Below, piece after piece: positions 51,270-64,000 of a DNA stretch of 64,000 nucleotides. Under the pieces are notes generated by a model. The model saw nothing but the letters and a program-made list of their open reading frames with translations. It was not told the DNA's origin and did not search any database. Each line of letters begins with the position of its first letter. Positions within the stretch are counted from its first letter, which is position 1. The translations under genes were made by a program, and so were the position numbers. Source of the DNA: Octopus vulgaris (lineage: Eukaryota); contig OX597815.1 in the NCBI GenBank assembly GCA_951406725.2, positions 9,176,001 through 9,240,000 of the forward strand. Direction: 5' to 3'.

Positions 51270-52900
51270 CGACTAGAAAATCCTCTGGAATAGACCAGCC
51301 AGTTGATTTTTATTAACGGTTGGCGTCTCCCCGAGAATGCCGTCCCTTTTGCCTATTACTTATCCTCTACAGACTGCCAACGTAGGATTCTATTTACTGC
51401 TTGTCTGACAGACAGAGGGCTCTGAGTACTTGATGACATTCCAAGCACCAAGTGCTTTGTTTTAATCTTTGCTTGGTCCAGGACTGCAGCTCTGTCAAAG
51501 AAACAAGCTGTCTAAGAAACGGTGGCCACACCCGTTCACTATCAAAGAATTGCTTGAGATATCAAAGCCTTTGCGAGATATCAAAGCTCAGCAAATAGAG
51601 CACGTGACCGGTGGAACATATCATTTTTCGTAAAGAACAAAAGAACAGACACTCCAGTCTGGTTAGATGTGAGCAGGGGGAAGGTAAGGTGGTTAAGCAG
51701 TAATAGATGGTGAAGAATATGTAGGCGTTCACCACAGTTGTTTGACTTTTAAGGAATATCTTCCACTGTTCATTTCAGTTTATCACTGGATCGAACCATA
51801 CTCATTGCGATTTAACCAGTCATTCCGTCAGTGCCCCACAACACTGTTTAACTGTATAGAACAATCCCTTCCAGGGGTAGTTCCATACAGTTTTCCTGAT
51901 TTACTTTGGTTCCTGTCATCACCTCGTAATCCAATAGTGCGGTGCCAGTCACGTCGATGTACTTGGTATCGGATATTATTACGGTGATGTCGTGCGCATA
52001 CGACGGAACAGATATTTGGCATCGTAGTTCATACGGATTGCTCCTCAATGTGTTTAGTCTACACAATTGTAGGTCTACAGTCAATACAAACAGAAAAGAT
52101 GAGAAGGAACAACTTTGAAAGTTCGAATTCATTATATTGGACGGTTCCGATAGGCAGTTATTTACTCTAACCACAAAGCAAATATCGCTGCACATTGCAA
52201 CGTTCCAACCTTCAAAGAGGGGGTGACAACCGCCAAGTAATGGTGGTCGACCATATCGAGGGTTTTTGATATCTCTAAATTGATCAGAGTATTTTCTATG
52301 TCAAGAGCTTTACCCTCTCTCTTTATGATGTTTCACAAGATGTAGAGGTTGTTGCGAATCGATATGTTAGGAATGGTGGTGCATGCCTTCGCATCATCAA
52401 TCAGACTACAGACGACAAGCGCTAACCCTTTCGCTGATATCTGGAACGAAATCTTGAAATCTGCGTTAACAGAATTATAGGCCAAAATTTGTCAATGTGG
52501 TCACTCTGATTTAGGTTCTTTGTAAGCAGAGTCACTGTTTCTCGGCTCACGGAATTGGGAATTTTACCGTTCTACTGTCAGTTGCAGTATACATCTGCCA
52601 ACAGATCATTGAACAATTCTGGAATATAAAAGTAAATCTTGTAGAGTAGACCCTCCTAAGCAGACTATTTGACCCTCGTGTTTTTAGCCATCGCTTTTCG
52701 TATTTCACTGAAATTTTAACGACTTTCCGCAACATTCACCTTCTGCTTCTACGAATCGCAGTAGGCCATCAATGTGAGCTACTGCTCACATCCAGTTTCC
52801 CTTCACTGAGCACTTTCTGGATCCAGGTAGATAGTCCTGCTACAACAGGGCGACCCCGCCTCCCAGTCCCGATCGACTTGGAGCTTTGTACACCTTGTAA
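51270..52900 (-). mobile_element. old Tx1/L1-like RT remnant
   Basis: SYAHDITVII..LLDYE..TGTKVN (YADD motif), LNADFKI, NNLYIL; heavily frameshifted. Confidence 0.65.
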
Positions 52901-53562
52901 CCATTCGTCAATAAACAATAACGTTTTACTATACTTGCATAATTAAACTTAGGTAACTTAGATTTCCTTCATTGGTCCATACCTTACTTATCTTAATACC
53001 ACAATCTGGATACCATATCCTATTCGAATTCTTGTAGGCCGAAATTAATCCAGGCGTCAGTGATTCGTTAATTATGTTTCGGAGAAATTTGTTCAGGTAC
53101 TGTTCGCTAGGTAAACTTTTTCTTCTCTCATTTATTTCGGGGGCAATGTTGAAAAAATTAGTTGAGGTTAAAAAAAAGTTGTGTTGCAATGTTATGTCAT
53201 GTGAGTTCGATTTTTGTAGAGGACGTATGGCATGGGGTGTGATCTCGGGTGATTTGTGAACTTGATATTACCATCGTTTGGACAATGTTGGTGGAATATT
53301 TTCCGCATTGTACAAATGGTGTATGCAATGTAATATAATATAATATAAAATTAATATAATATAATATAATATAATATAATACAATATTAATATATTAATA
53401 TATATATGAGATGGTATAATAAAAATACTTATTATACATAGCATTAACAAACCTATGAGTGTATGCGTGTGTGCGTTTATGAGAGAGAGAGAGTAAGGAA
53501 GGGGAGAAAGAGGAGAGAGGGGGAGAGAGAGGATATATATATATATATGTATATGTATGTAT

Positions 53563-53602
<40 letters not shown>

Positions 53603-53789
53603 AATGCATATGTACATAATTTACATAGACACAGACACATTTGCTGTGTGTCCTTGTCAATTTGCCCTTCCCACTCGTTTTGCACACCCTACACTCACTG
53701 CTGATTGCCCTGGAATTTTCGTTGCATTTAGGGAGCTTTAATTAGTAATCCAATGCCGATGATACTCTAAGCAACTTCGGTGACTGCGA

Positions 53790-53817
53790 TGACGTCAGCA
53801 CGGAACCAATGACGTCA
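53790..53817. promoter_or_regulatory. two perfect CRE palindromes around a CCAAT box
   Basis: TGACGTCA at 53790-53797 and 53810-53817, CCAAT at 53806-53810. Confidence 0.55.
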
Positions 53818-53934
53818 TCCGTGACAATGTTTTAGCAGGACGATCTTAATGAAAGTTGATCAGGGAATATAAATACATAGCAAGAAGAAGGAAGGAATGT
53901 AACAGCATAAATAATAGACATAGCAGAGGTAACC

Positions 53935-54041
53935 ACTACCAACAACAACAACAGCAACAACAGCAACTGCATCATCGTCGTCATCATCATCATCATCGTC
54001 GTCATAATCATCATCTTTCATCATCATCATCATCGTCGTCG

Positions 54042-54098
<57 letters not shown>

Positions 54099-54108
54099 GC
54101 ATCATCAT
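53935..54108. repeat. compound (CAA)n(CAT/CGT)n(CAG)n trinucleotide tract
   Basis: read directly. Confidence 0.95.
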
Positions 54109-55679
54109 AATGGATGCAAGCCGAATTCGTCTCCTACAGCTCCGCAGCAACATTTGTGCGACTCAGACATTCGGAGACCAAGGCGTTGGGGCACTCCAAT
54201 ACCAATTTCTTTACTACCCACAAGGGGCTAAAACACAGAGGGGACAAACAAGGACAGACATAGGTATCAAATCGATTACATCGACCCCAGTGCGTAACTG
54301 GTACTTATTTAATCGACCCTGAAAGGATGAAAGGCAAAGTCGACTTTGGCGGAATTTGAACTCAGAACGTAACGCAGACGAAATACCGCGAAGCATTTCA
54401 TCCGGCGTACTAATGATTCTGCCAGTTCGTCGCCACTCCAATACCGGTTCACTCATCATCCAGAAGGGTACCGGTAATAGATGAGGAGGGAACCGAACTG
54501 AGCCATGCACCGCTATTTGGCTGCGAGGTGGAACGAAGGGAAGAAAAACCAATAAATACAGGGACCTAACCGGTCGTTATCAGTTTGGTTTGTGTCTGAC
54601 TAGCAGCTATCAGTTCTCTGTTCAAACGTCAGGTGTTCTTGGACCCTGTACTACCGATTTCCTCCGGAAAATAGGGATACCGGCGGTCCGTCGGAGAAAT
54701 GAACTTCTTGAGGGAGAGTGGGTAGTGTAGCGCGTGTCGCTGGCTATTATCCGCAGTAACACCATCGTGGTCATTACCGCGTAGCACGGCTTAGCACACC
54801 ATTGCTGCTTTACCCACTCGTTCCTTTTCTTTTCCTTTATCTCTTTTCCCCCTGTTCGTTTGTATTTAAATGTTATTTTACAACTTATAAAATTGTAATG
54901 GCAGGGTGGGTTATTTTTTGGATAAAATGAGAAGGGTGCAAGAGTGTTAGCGCGAGGGAAATGAGATGGCATGGGGAGAGTGACTAATATCAGGGAAGGA
55001 GAGACAGAGTTGTGTCAGCGACAAATATGGAGTGACAGTGAGTCGTTAACGTTAATATAGCTGTTATTCAAGGATATACATGTGCGTACTTTCAATCAGT
55101 TTACATAACCAAGTCATAGCAGACAGACGATAACTAATGAAAGCAGTGTTTGTGTGTGTGTGTCTGTGTGTGTGTGTGTCTCTGTGTGTGTATGTGTATG
55201 TGTGCGTGTACATGTATGCATGTATGTATGTCACTCGCTGTCACCTTTAAGAAAAGGAATGATTTAGATCAAAGTTTTACTCTATTAACATGTATACGCA
55301 TACACTTATGGCATTACGCACACAAATGGAAGTTACTTAACCCAACCCTACAACAATTATATTTTTGATGAAGCGAAACTTATTCTTTTTTCTCACACCT
55401 CCCTCTCTCTACACGCCTTTCATATCACGCTCTTTCTCGCTCCCCCTGTCTGTCTGTCTCTCTCCCTCTACACACACACACACACAAACAAACACGTTTT
55501 TCATATCACGCACTTTCTCGACACGCTGAGAGCATTTAACGTGAGGGTTTCGTGCTAGCACTTAGGATTACAATTTTGAGTTAGAGTAAGGATTACGTTT
55601 AAGCAGAAACTGAAAAGGATTTAAAAGACACACAAACATATATACACAGGCAAACACTCACACACACATACACACATAC

Positions 55680-55721
<42 letters not shown>

Positions 55722-55779
55722 ATATATATGTGTGTATACATATATATGTATATATATGTATAAATATACATATATATAC

Positions 55780-55829
<50 letters not shown>

Positions 55830-55935
55830 GTAGAGTTGATATATATATACATTTAAATTCAGATGAATATGGTACTTAAGTTAAAGGCACCAGCATTTAG
55901 TATGGTATTATCCATATAAATCAAAATGGGATGAT

Positions 55936-56339
55936 TATAATCAAAATAAGCAACAAGGATATCCAGAGGTAATGCTGTACGATCGTTTCAAGTGACTCCA
56001 TTTACTTGAACAATGCAAATATTACATCAATTTTAAAATGTAGAGCAATCTTCACCTGAATTAAAATATAGAATTTAGTTAAATTCGAAAGATTCATTTG
56101 TATAGTTTTCTTTTTATTCAAAATCACAAAGAGGATAAGGAAATAGACAAAGAACATGTTATATCAACAACATCACAGTTAAATCCTTCGAATTTAACTA
56201 AATTCTATATTTTTATGCAACTGAGGATTGCTCTACATTTTAAATTGATGTAATGTTTGCATTGTTCAATTAAATGGAGTCTCATGAAACGATCGTACTG
56301 CATTAACTCTGGATATCCTTGTTGCTTATTTTGATTATA
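55936..56339. mobile_element. fold-back Penelope-like remnant with hammerhead core
   Basis: ~160-bp inverted arms 55936-56094/56182-56339; ATGCAA-CTGAGGA...GAAA-cgatcg-TA-CTGCAT at 56215-56303. Confidence 0.7.
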
Positions 56340-56550
56340 TATATATATATATATATATTAATTTATTTATTAGGGAATAAACATTCCAGCGTCATAGGGA
56401 TTCAAATAAAATGAATTATTCTCGATAATGAAATATTTGTTATTTAGTGATAAAGGTCCCCATGCAATTCATCAAATCCTAATATACATCACACCAAATA
56501 ATAGAATTTTATTTTAATACTTATTAATCATTTCTAAATTTCTCTGCTAC

Positions 56551-56587
<37 letters not shown>

Positions 56588-56596
56588 TACACACAT

Positions 56597-57943
56597 GCAT
56601 ATATGGGTACAGGAGTCAGTAACAGTAAACAACATGAAATGCGAAAACAAGCGAGTTCCATACGCAAACAAGGCGAGAGAAGCGAATGGAAAACAGGACA
56701 AGAAACACAAAGACCAGTTGCCGGCTGTTTATCTACGCCTCATGCATATCCCGAAATACAACAATAACTGTTTCTACACACGATTTCACATCAGGAATCT
56801 TACACCGCAAATGTGTGAACGTATGTATTGTATATTACAGGGTCTGGTGAATAAATTGTCGTCTAAATTACACAAAAAGGAAAATAACATTGACATTTCA
56901 TTTTAACATATATTTGCCAAAATTACGTAAAAATATCTTGAAATACTAAAGAGTAAATTTATTCAATAAAATCACCACTGGCTTGTGCCACGGCTTCCAG
57001 ACGACTTCGGAATCTCCTGCAACTCTTCTGGACGGCCTCTTTGTTTAAGTTGGTGAATTCTGCCATAATTGTTACCTTTAGTTCAGCTTTGGTGTTACAA
57101 GGAGTTTTGTTGGTCTCTCGCTCCACTGCGCCCCATGCAATAATCAAGGGGGTTGCGGTCTGGAGAGTTAGGAGGCCAGATGTTAGGGGTGATGTGGTCG
57201 CAGAAATTGTCTGACAGCCATGTCTGGGTTCTTCTGCGTCTGTGGCATGATGCAGAACCCTGTTGTCAGATATGGGACCTTCCAGCAGCCACCCTCTCGA
57301 GCCAGGGCAGCACTACCTTCTCCTGGCATTTGATGTAGGCCTCTGTGTTGAGTCTGAGGCCGTGTGGAAAGATGAATGGAGGTATAATGTTGCCATCACT
57401 AGTGATCACTCCAAACACCATCATGTTGATTGAATATATAATTTCCATCAAAAGCTTCATTGTGCGGTCTTTCCTCTTGTCCTTGATGGCTTGGGATAAA
57501 AATTGGCCTTTCTCATCTTGTATGAGGAATACCCGAATGTCTTCAGGCATTACCTGTTTGATAAGAAACTGAGATGCACTCACGCCCTTGGAGATAGACC
57601 TGATTGACTTGGAGGGATCGATTATGGCCTGGGCACCACCAAAAAAATCAGGAGTTCTTTTCTTATTAGAACGCTCAGAATGAATTTTCGGAGCTTCCGT
57701 ACCTTCGTCATCAACATTAGACTTATCCAACTCATTCCGAATCTTCTGTACTGTCCTCAGATTGACTCCCAAATATTCTGGAAAGTTCATATTGGAGCTC
57801 CCGGCGCGAATGCCAAGCAGTATAGCGAGTCGTTTCCAAATTTCTAATAGAGGGAATTGCATCATGGTGCTGATTTTCTCATCGACAGTACCGAACTGAC
57901 CTTACTATACAAACCATGTATTATGCAACACACACACACAAAC

Positions 57944-57978
<35 letters not shown>

Positions 57979-58232
57979 CACGCAAACACACACACACACA
58001 CATTTTGCACACATTTTGCGGTGTAAGATTCCTGATGTTAAATCGTGTGTAGAAACAGTTATTGTTGTATTTCGGGATATCTATGAGGCGTAGATAGACA
58101 GCCGGCAACTGGTCTTTGTGTTTCTTGTCCTGTTTTCCATTCACTTCTCCCGCGTTGTTTGCGTATGGAACTCGCTTGTTTTCGCATTTCATGTTGTTTA
58201 CTGTTGATGACGCCCTGTACCCATATATGCAT
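56597..58232. repeat. ~220-bp inverted repeats enclosing the maT element
   Basis: 56597-56817 versus 58008-58232; both give the NNMKCENKRVPYAN pseudo-ORF on opposite strands. Confidence 0.9.
56838..57918 (-). pseudogene. Tc1/mariner transposon, DD37D (maT) type, inactive
   Basis: MMVFGVITSDG, QQ(G)SASCH...WPPNSPDRNPLDY with 37 residues between the 2nd and 3rd catalytic positions; TA flanks, imperfect TIRs. Confidence 0.88.
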
Positions 58233-58249
58233 GTGTGTGTGTGTGTTTT

Positions 58250-58293
<44 letters not shown>

Positions 58294-58344
58294 TACATGC
58301 ATGCATATATTTAAATATATGTTTATGCATATATACATGTATAT

Positions 58345-58386
<42 letters not shown>

Positions 58387-58686
58387 ACCACGTGACCGAC
58401 CAGTCCATCAGTTGTAGTTACACATCGCTGGTCACGATGCGCTTCGCATTGTTTTAGCCTTCGAATGACGCCACCCCGCTGGCTAAGCGAGCAGGCCAAC
58501 AGAAGAAAGAGTGAGAGAAAGTTGTGGTGAAAGAGTACAGCAGGGAACACCACCATCTCCTGCCGGAGCCTCGTGGAGCTTTTAGGTGTTTTCGCTCAAT
58601 AAACAATCACAACGCCCGGTCTGGGAATCGAAACCACGATCCTACGACCGCGAGTCCGCTGCCCTAACCACGGGGCCATTGCGCCT

Positions 58687-58730
<44 letters not shown>

Positions 58731-59072
58731 GTACACACTCACACACATATATGTATACACACACACACATATATATGCCATATCTATAGTTTGATGACTC
58801 ACCGAATTTATCTCTTGGTAACTTTCCTTAAAGTGCTTATTTCTTTTAATGATATTTTGCAGAAATACATTTTCCATGATGTTTATTACATGTGTATTGC
58901 TAACTTTGAAATACCTTTTCTTCTGATGAGCTTCTGTTCAGTCTCCTCTCCCGATCACTTTTTTCCATAAAACTCTTAATCATTTGCATATTTTCAAAAT
59001 GACATTTTTCAGAAATACATTTTCGAAAATGTAGCTTATATAATGTTGAAAGAAATTGGTGGCATATTGCTC

Positions 59073-59167
<95 letters not shown>

Positions 59168-59168
59168 G

Positions 59169-59231
<63 letters not shown>

Positions 59232-59246
59232 GTCTATCTATCTATC

Positions 59247-60804
<1,558 letters not shown>

Positions 60805-61155
60805 GTCTGTATGTCTGTCTAATAAATAGTTATTATAGCATTATGTGTACGTGCGCAAATGCAAGCTCACGCCTTCTTGTTTTCCTGAGGGTCTGTCTAT
60901 TCGTGTTTGTGCGTCTGTTCTAATCCAGCTGCCCAGCTTACCCAATCTTTGACTCAGTTGTCTGGGGGAGACAAGGAAGTGTGACGAGTCAGCCGAGGGG
61001 TGGGATGTGATATGGGGTAGTTGTGATAACTGGTTGTGGTAGTTAAACTCTATAGAAACCGGGATTAAGTACGAGCTTGGAGCGCCGTGGGCAAAGTGTC
61101 CCGTCCCTAGCTGAGGGTTTTGTGAGTGAAGTCATACCGTTGCTCTGGAGGTGAA

Positions 61156-61312
61156 CGTCTACCGCACGCCCCCGTCCTTCCGGTAAACCAGTCGAGGTGC
61201 AGGGTGTGGGAGGTGGATAGGAAGAATGGCAGACAGGAAGAAAAATATACATATGCATACACACTCTGCACCTCGACTGGTTTACCGGAAGGACGGGGCC
61301 GTGTGGTAGACG
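61156..61312. repeat. GC-rich hairpin, ~53-bp arms
   Basis: cgtctaccgcacg..gtgcagggtgtg versus cacactctgcac..gtggtagacg, followed by (TA)n. Confidence 0.85.
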
Positions 61313-61349
<37 letters not shown>

Positions 61350-61391
61350 GTATGCATGCTTGTATATATATATGTGTGTGGATGTGTATAT

Positions 61392-61424
<33 letters not shown>

Positions 61425-61489
61425 TATATATATATATGTATGCACGCATGTATGTATATGTGTGTGGATGTGTATATACATACATACAT

Positions 61490-61522
<33 letters not shown>

Positions 61523-61846
61523 TACATACATACATACATACATACATACATACATGCATACATACATACATACATACATACATACATACATACATACATA
61601 CATGCATACATACATACATACATACATACATACATACATACATACATACATACATACATACATACATACATACATACATACATACATACATACATACATA
61701 CATACATACATACATGCATGCATACATACATACATACATACATACATACATACATACATACATACATACATACATACATACATACATGTATACATACATA
61801 CATACATATATTTATATATATAAAGAGAGAGAGGGAGGGAGAGAGA

Positions 61847-61902
<56 letters not shown>

Positions 61903-62687
61903 AGGATTATGAAATATAGAAATATAGAAGAATGTAGCTGAAAGGAAAAAGTGAGAAGGAGTTAATTAGAGGCGAAGAATGAAGCGACTGAAATTGAAGG
62001 GGAGGAGTCGAAGTTGCTGTGAAGCGAGCCAGATTCATCTTACGCCGCCTCTCCACCACCTCCACCACCACCACCATCACCACCACCTCCACCACCACCA
62101 CCACCACCACCACTACCACCACCACCACCACTACCACCACCACCACCACCACCACTACCACCACCACCACCACTACCACCACCACCACCACCACCACCGC
62201 CACTGCCATTGACATCAACGGCATCACCAATTTCATCTCAAACACCACCGCAGTCATCCCTACCAAACATCGACACCACCCTTTCCAAAACTTACCACCA
62301 GCACCAGCACCAGCACTAGCATTAGTACAACCACTACTACTACTACCACCGAAACAACCAATGCGGTCTGTCACATGTAGACCAACTAAACGGCGCCTTT
62401 GCCACCAAACTACCGCCACCGTCCCTAGCGTACACACAGATAGACACACAGACACACGCACACACACATACATACACACATAGACACACACACACACACA
62501 CACAAACACACATAGACACACACACACACATAGACACACACACAAACACACACACACACAAACACACACATACACACACATAGATACACACATACATAGA
62601 CACACTCACATACACACACATAGACACACACACACACAAACACACACATACACACACAAACACACACACATACACAGACACATAGAC

Positions 62688-62718
<31 letters not shown>

Positions 62719-62755
62719 TAGACACACACAGACACAGACACACACATACACGCAC
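61313..62755. repeat. microsatellite cluster: (TA)n, (CATA)n, (GA)n, (CCA)n, (CA)n
   Basis: read directly. Confidence 0.95.
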
Positions 62756-63143
62756 AAAGTAAATGACAGGGGATGTGTTAGTGTGTACATGTATATATAC
62801 TGTATATATGTATATATATATATGGTTTAAGCAATTGAGATTCAAGTGAGTTCTATATATATATAGCGATTTGTTGGCCAGTGTTCAGTCGTAAAACTCA
62901 AGTGTTGGTGGAGAGTCTGTCACGATCCCCTCGATCTTGTTGCTCTTCGACACGAATGGTAAGTCCTGATTCTATTCAACTGCTTTCTATTATTTTCTGT
63001 TCATTGTAAGCTAAGTAGATTGGCAGAACGGACAAAATGCTCCGTGGCAATCAATTATGGGTCTTTACACTGTCAGTTCAAATACCACCGAGGTCCATTT
63101 CCCCAGCGTCAGTAAAGTAACAATAACGTATTGTAGTTAGGGG

Positions 63144-63530
63144 TGGAGGCGCAATGGCCCAGTGGTTAGGGCAGCGGACTCGCGGTCGTAGGATCGCGGT
63201 TTCGATTCCCAGACCGGGCGTTGTGAATGTTTATTGAGCGAAAACACCTAAAGCTCCACGAGGCTCCGGCAGGGGATGGTCGTGATCCCTGCTGTACTCT
63301 TTCACCACAACTTTCTCTCACTCTTACTTCCTGTTTCTGTTGTACCTGTATTTCAAAGGGCCGGCCTTGTCACTCTCTGTGTCACGCTGAATATCCCCGA
63401 GAACTACGTTAAGGGTGAACGTGCCTGTGGAGTGCTCAGCCACTTACACGTTAATTTCACGAGCAGGCTGTTCCATTGATTCGGATCAACCGGAACCCTC
63501 GTCGTCGTAACCGACGGAGTGCTTCCATTC
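63144..63530 (+). mobile_element. tRNA-derived SINE, family B
   Basis: nearly identical to 8325-8710. Confidence 0.88.
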
Positions 63531-64000
63531 CATTGTGGTTAGGGTAAGCGGCTGTCCCTTACTTCATATTTCAGGTCTTCTACTTAGTTTCGAAATTATA
63601 TTCGTTGTTGTTTAATTTCAGGGCGACCTTAAATAATAAAGGCGTAAATAATCGAAAATATTCTAGCCGAGATTATTCCCATTCTCCTTTTCTAAGATGT
63701 TAGTGCGTGATATGAGAAAGATTTACCAACTGTTGTTAGCAAGTCGAGGGACAACGTGCAGGCTTCTCGTTTGTTTTTTGCTATTTTTGCTTTGTTTTTG
63801 ACCGATCGAGTAAATCTATGACCAAAGGTATTCCAGCAACGGTCATCTTGTCTTTTATTCAAATATAGAGTGATTAGAATTGTTATTCTTTTTTAAGATG
63901 GTGCAATGTGACCTGAAGACGATGTTGTCTTTTGTTTGTCTGCTGTTTGTAGAGGCTCCATCGTTATGTTGCTATTGTCTTCGGTGGCGCAAAACATTTG

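Noticed and set aside
58915-59035. Hammerhead at CTGATGA (58923)
   Set aside because: The core heptamer is present, but no convincing stem I or stem III partner could be found
61907-62605. Mucin-like poly-Thr or poly-Val protein
   Set aside because: Driven by (CCA)n and (CA)n; no recognisable domain or clear splice pair, though the unique 62205-62430 segment cannot be fully excluded as exonic

Overview
Repeat-dense, AT-rich eukaryotic DNA. The SINE/LINE/microsatellite content looks like an octopus (coleoid cephalopod) genome; this is an inference from remembered repeat types, not a search. Almost all ORFs in the supplied track are microsatellite or SINE artefacts. One complete gene can be assembled by hand: RABL3 on the minus strand, 8 coding exons from 50269 to 25780, 699 nt, 232 aa, all introns GT-AG and phase-compatible. 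The first exon of a secreted, possibly lipocalin-like gene lies at 2528-2403 (minus) behind a TATA box. The rest is decayed DNA transposons (three hAT, one Tigger, one DD37D maT/mariner, several MITEs), fragments of RTE, CR1/L2, R4/Dong and Tx1/L1 LINEs, and three tRNA-derived SINE families that are often nested with readable TSDs. The least expected signal is a set of mutually dissimilar short elements, several of them fold-backs, each carrying a minimal type-I hammerhead ribozyme fold (Penelope-like pLTR remnants); one family has an apparently compensated G3-C8 core. Also notable: LINE clades each tied to their own microsatellite, a 47-bp intronic array of recursive-splice-site-like motifs, a near-perfect 460-bp hairpin in RABL3 intron 1, and an orphan CRE-CCAAT-CRE module. 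Repeat boundaries are approximate; exon boundaries were counted base by base.
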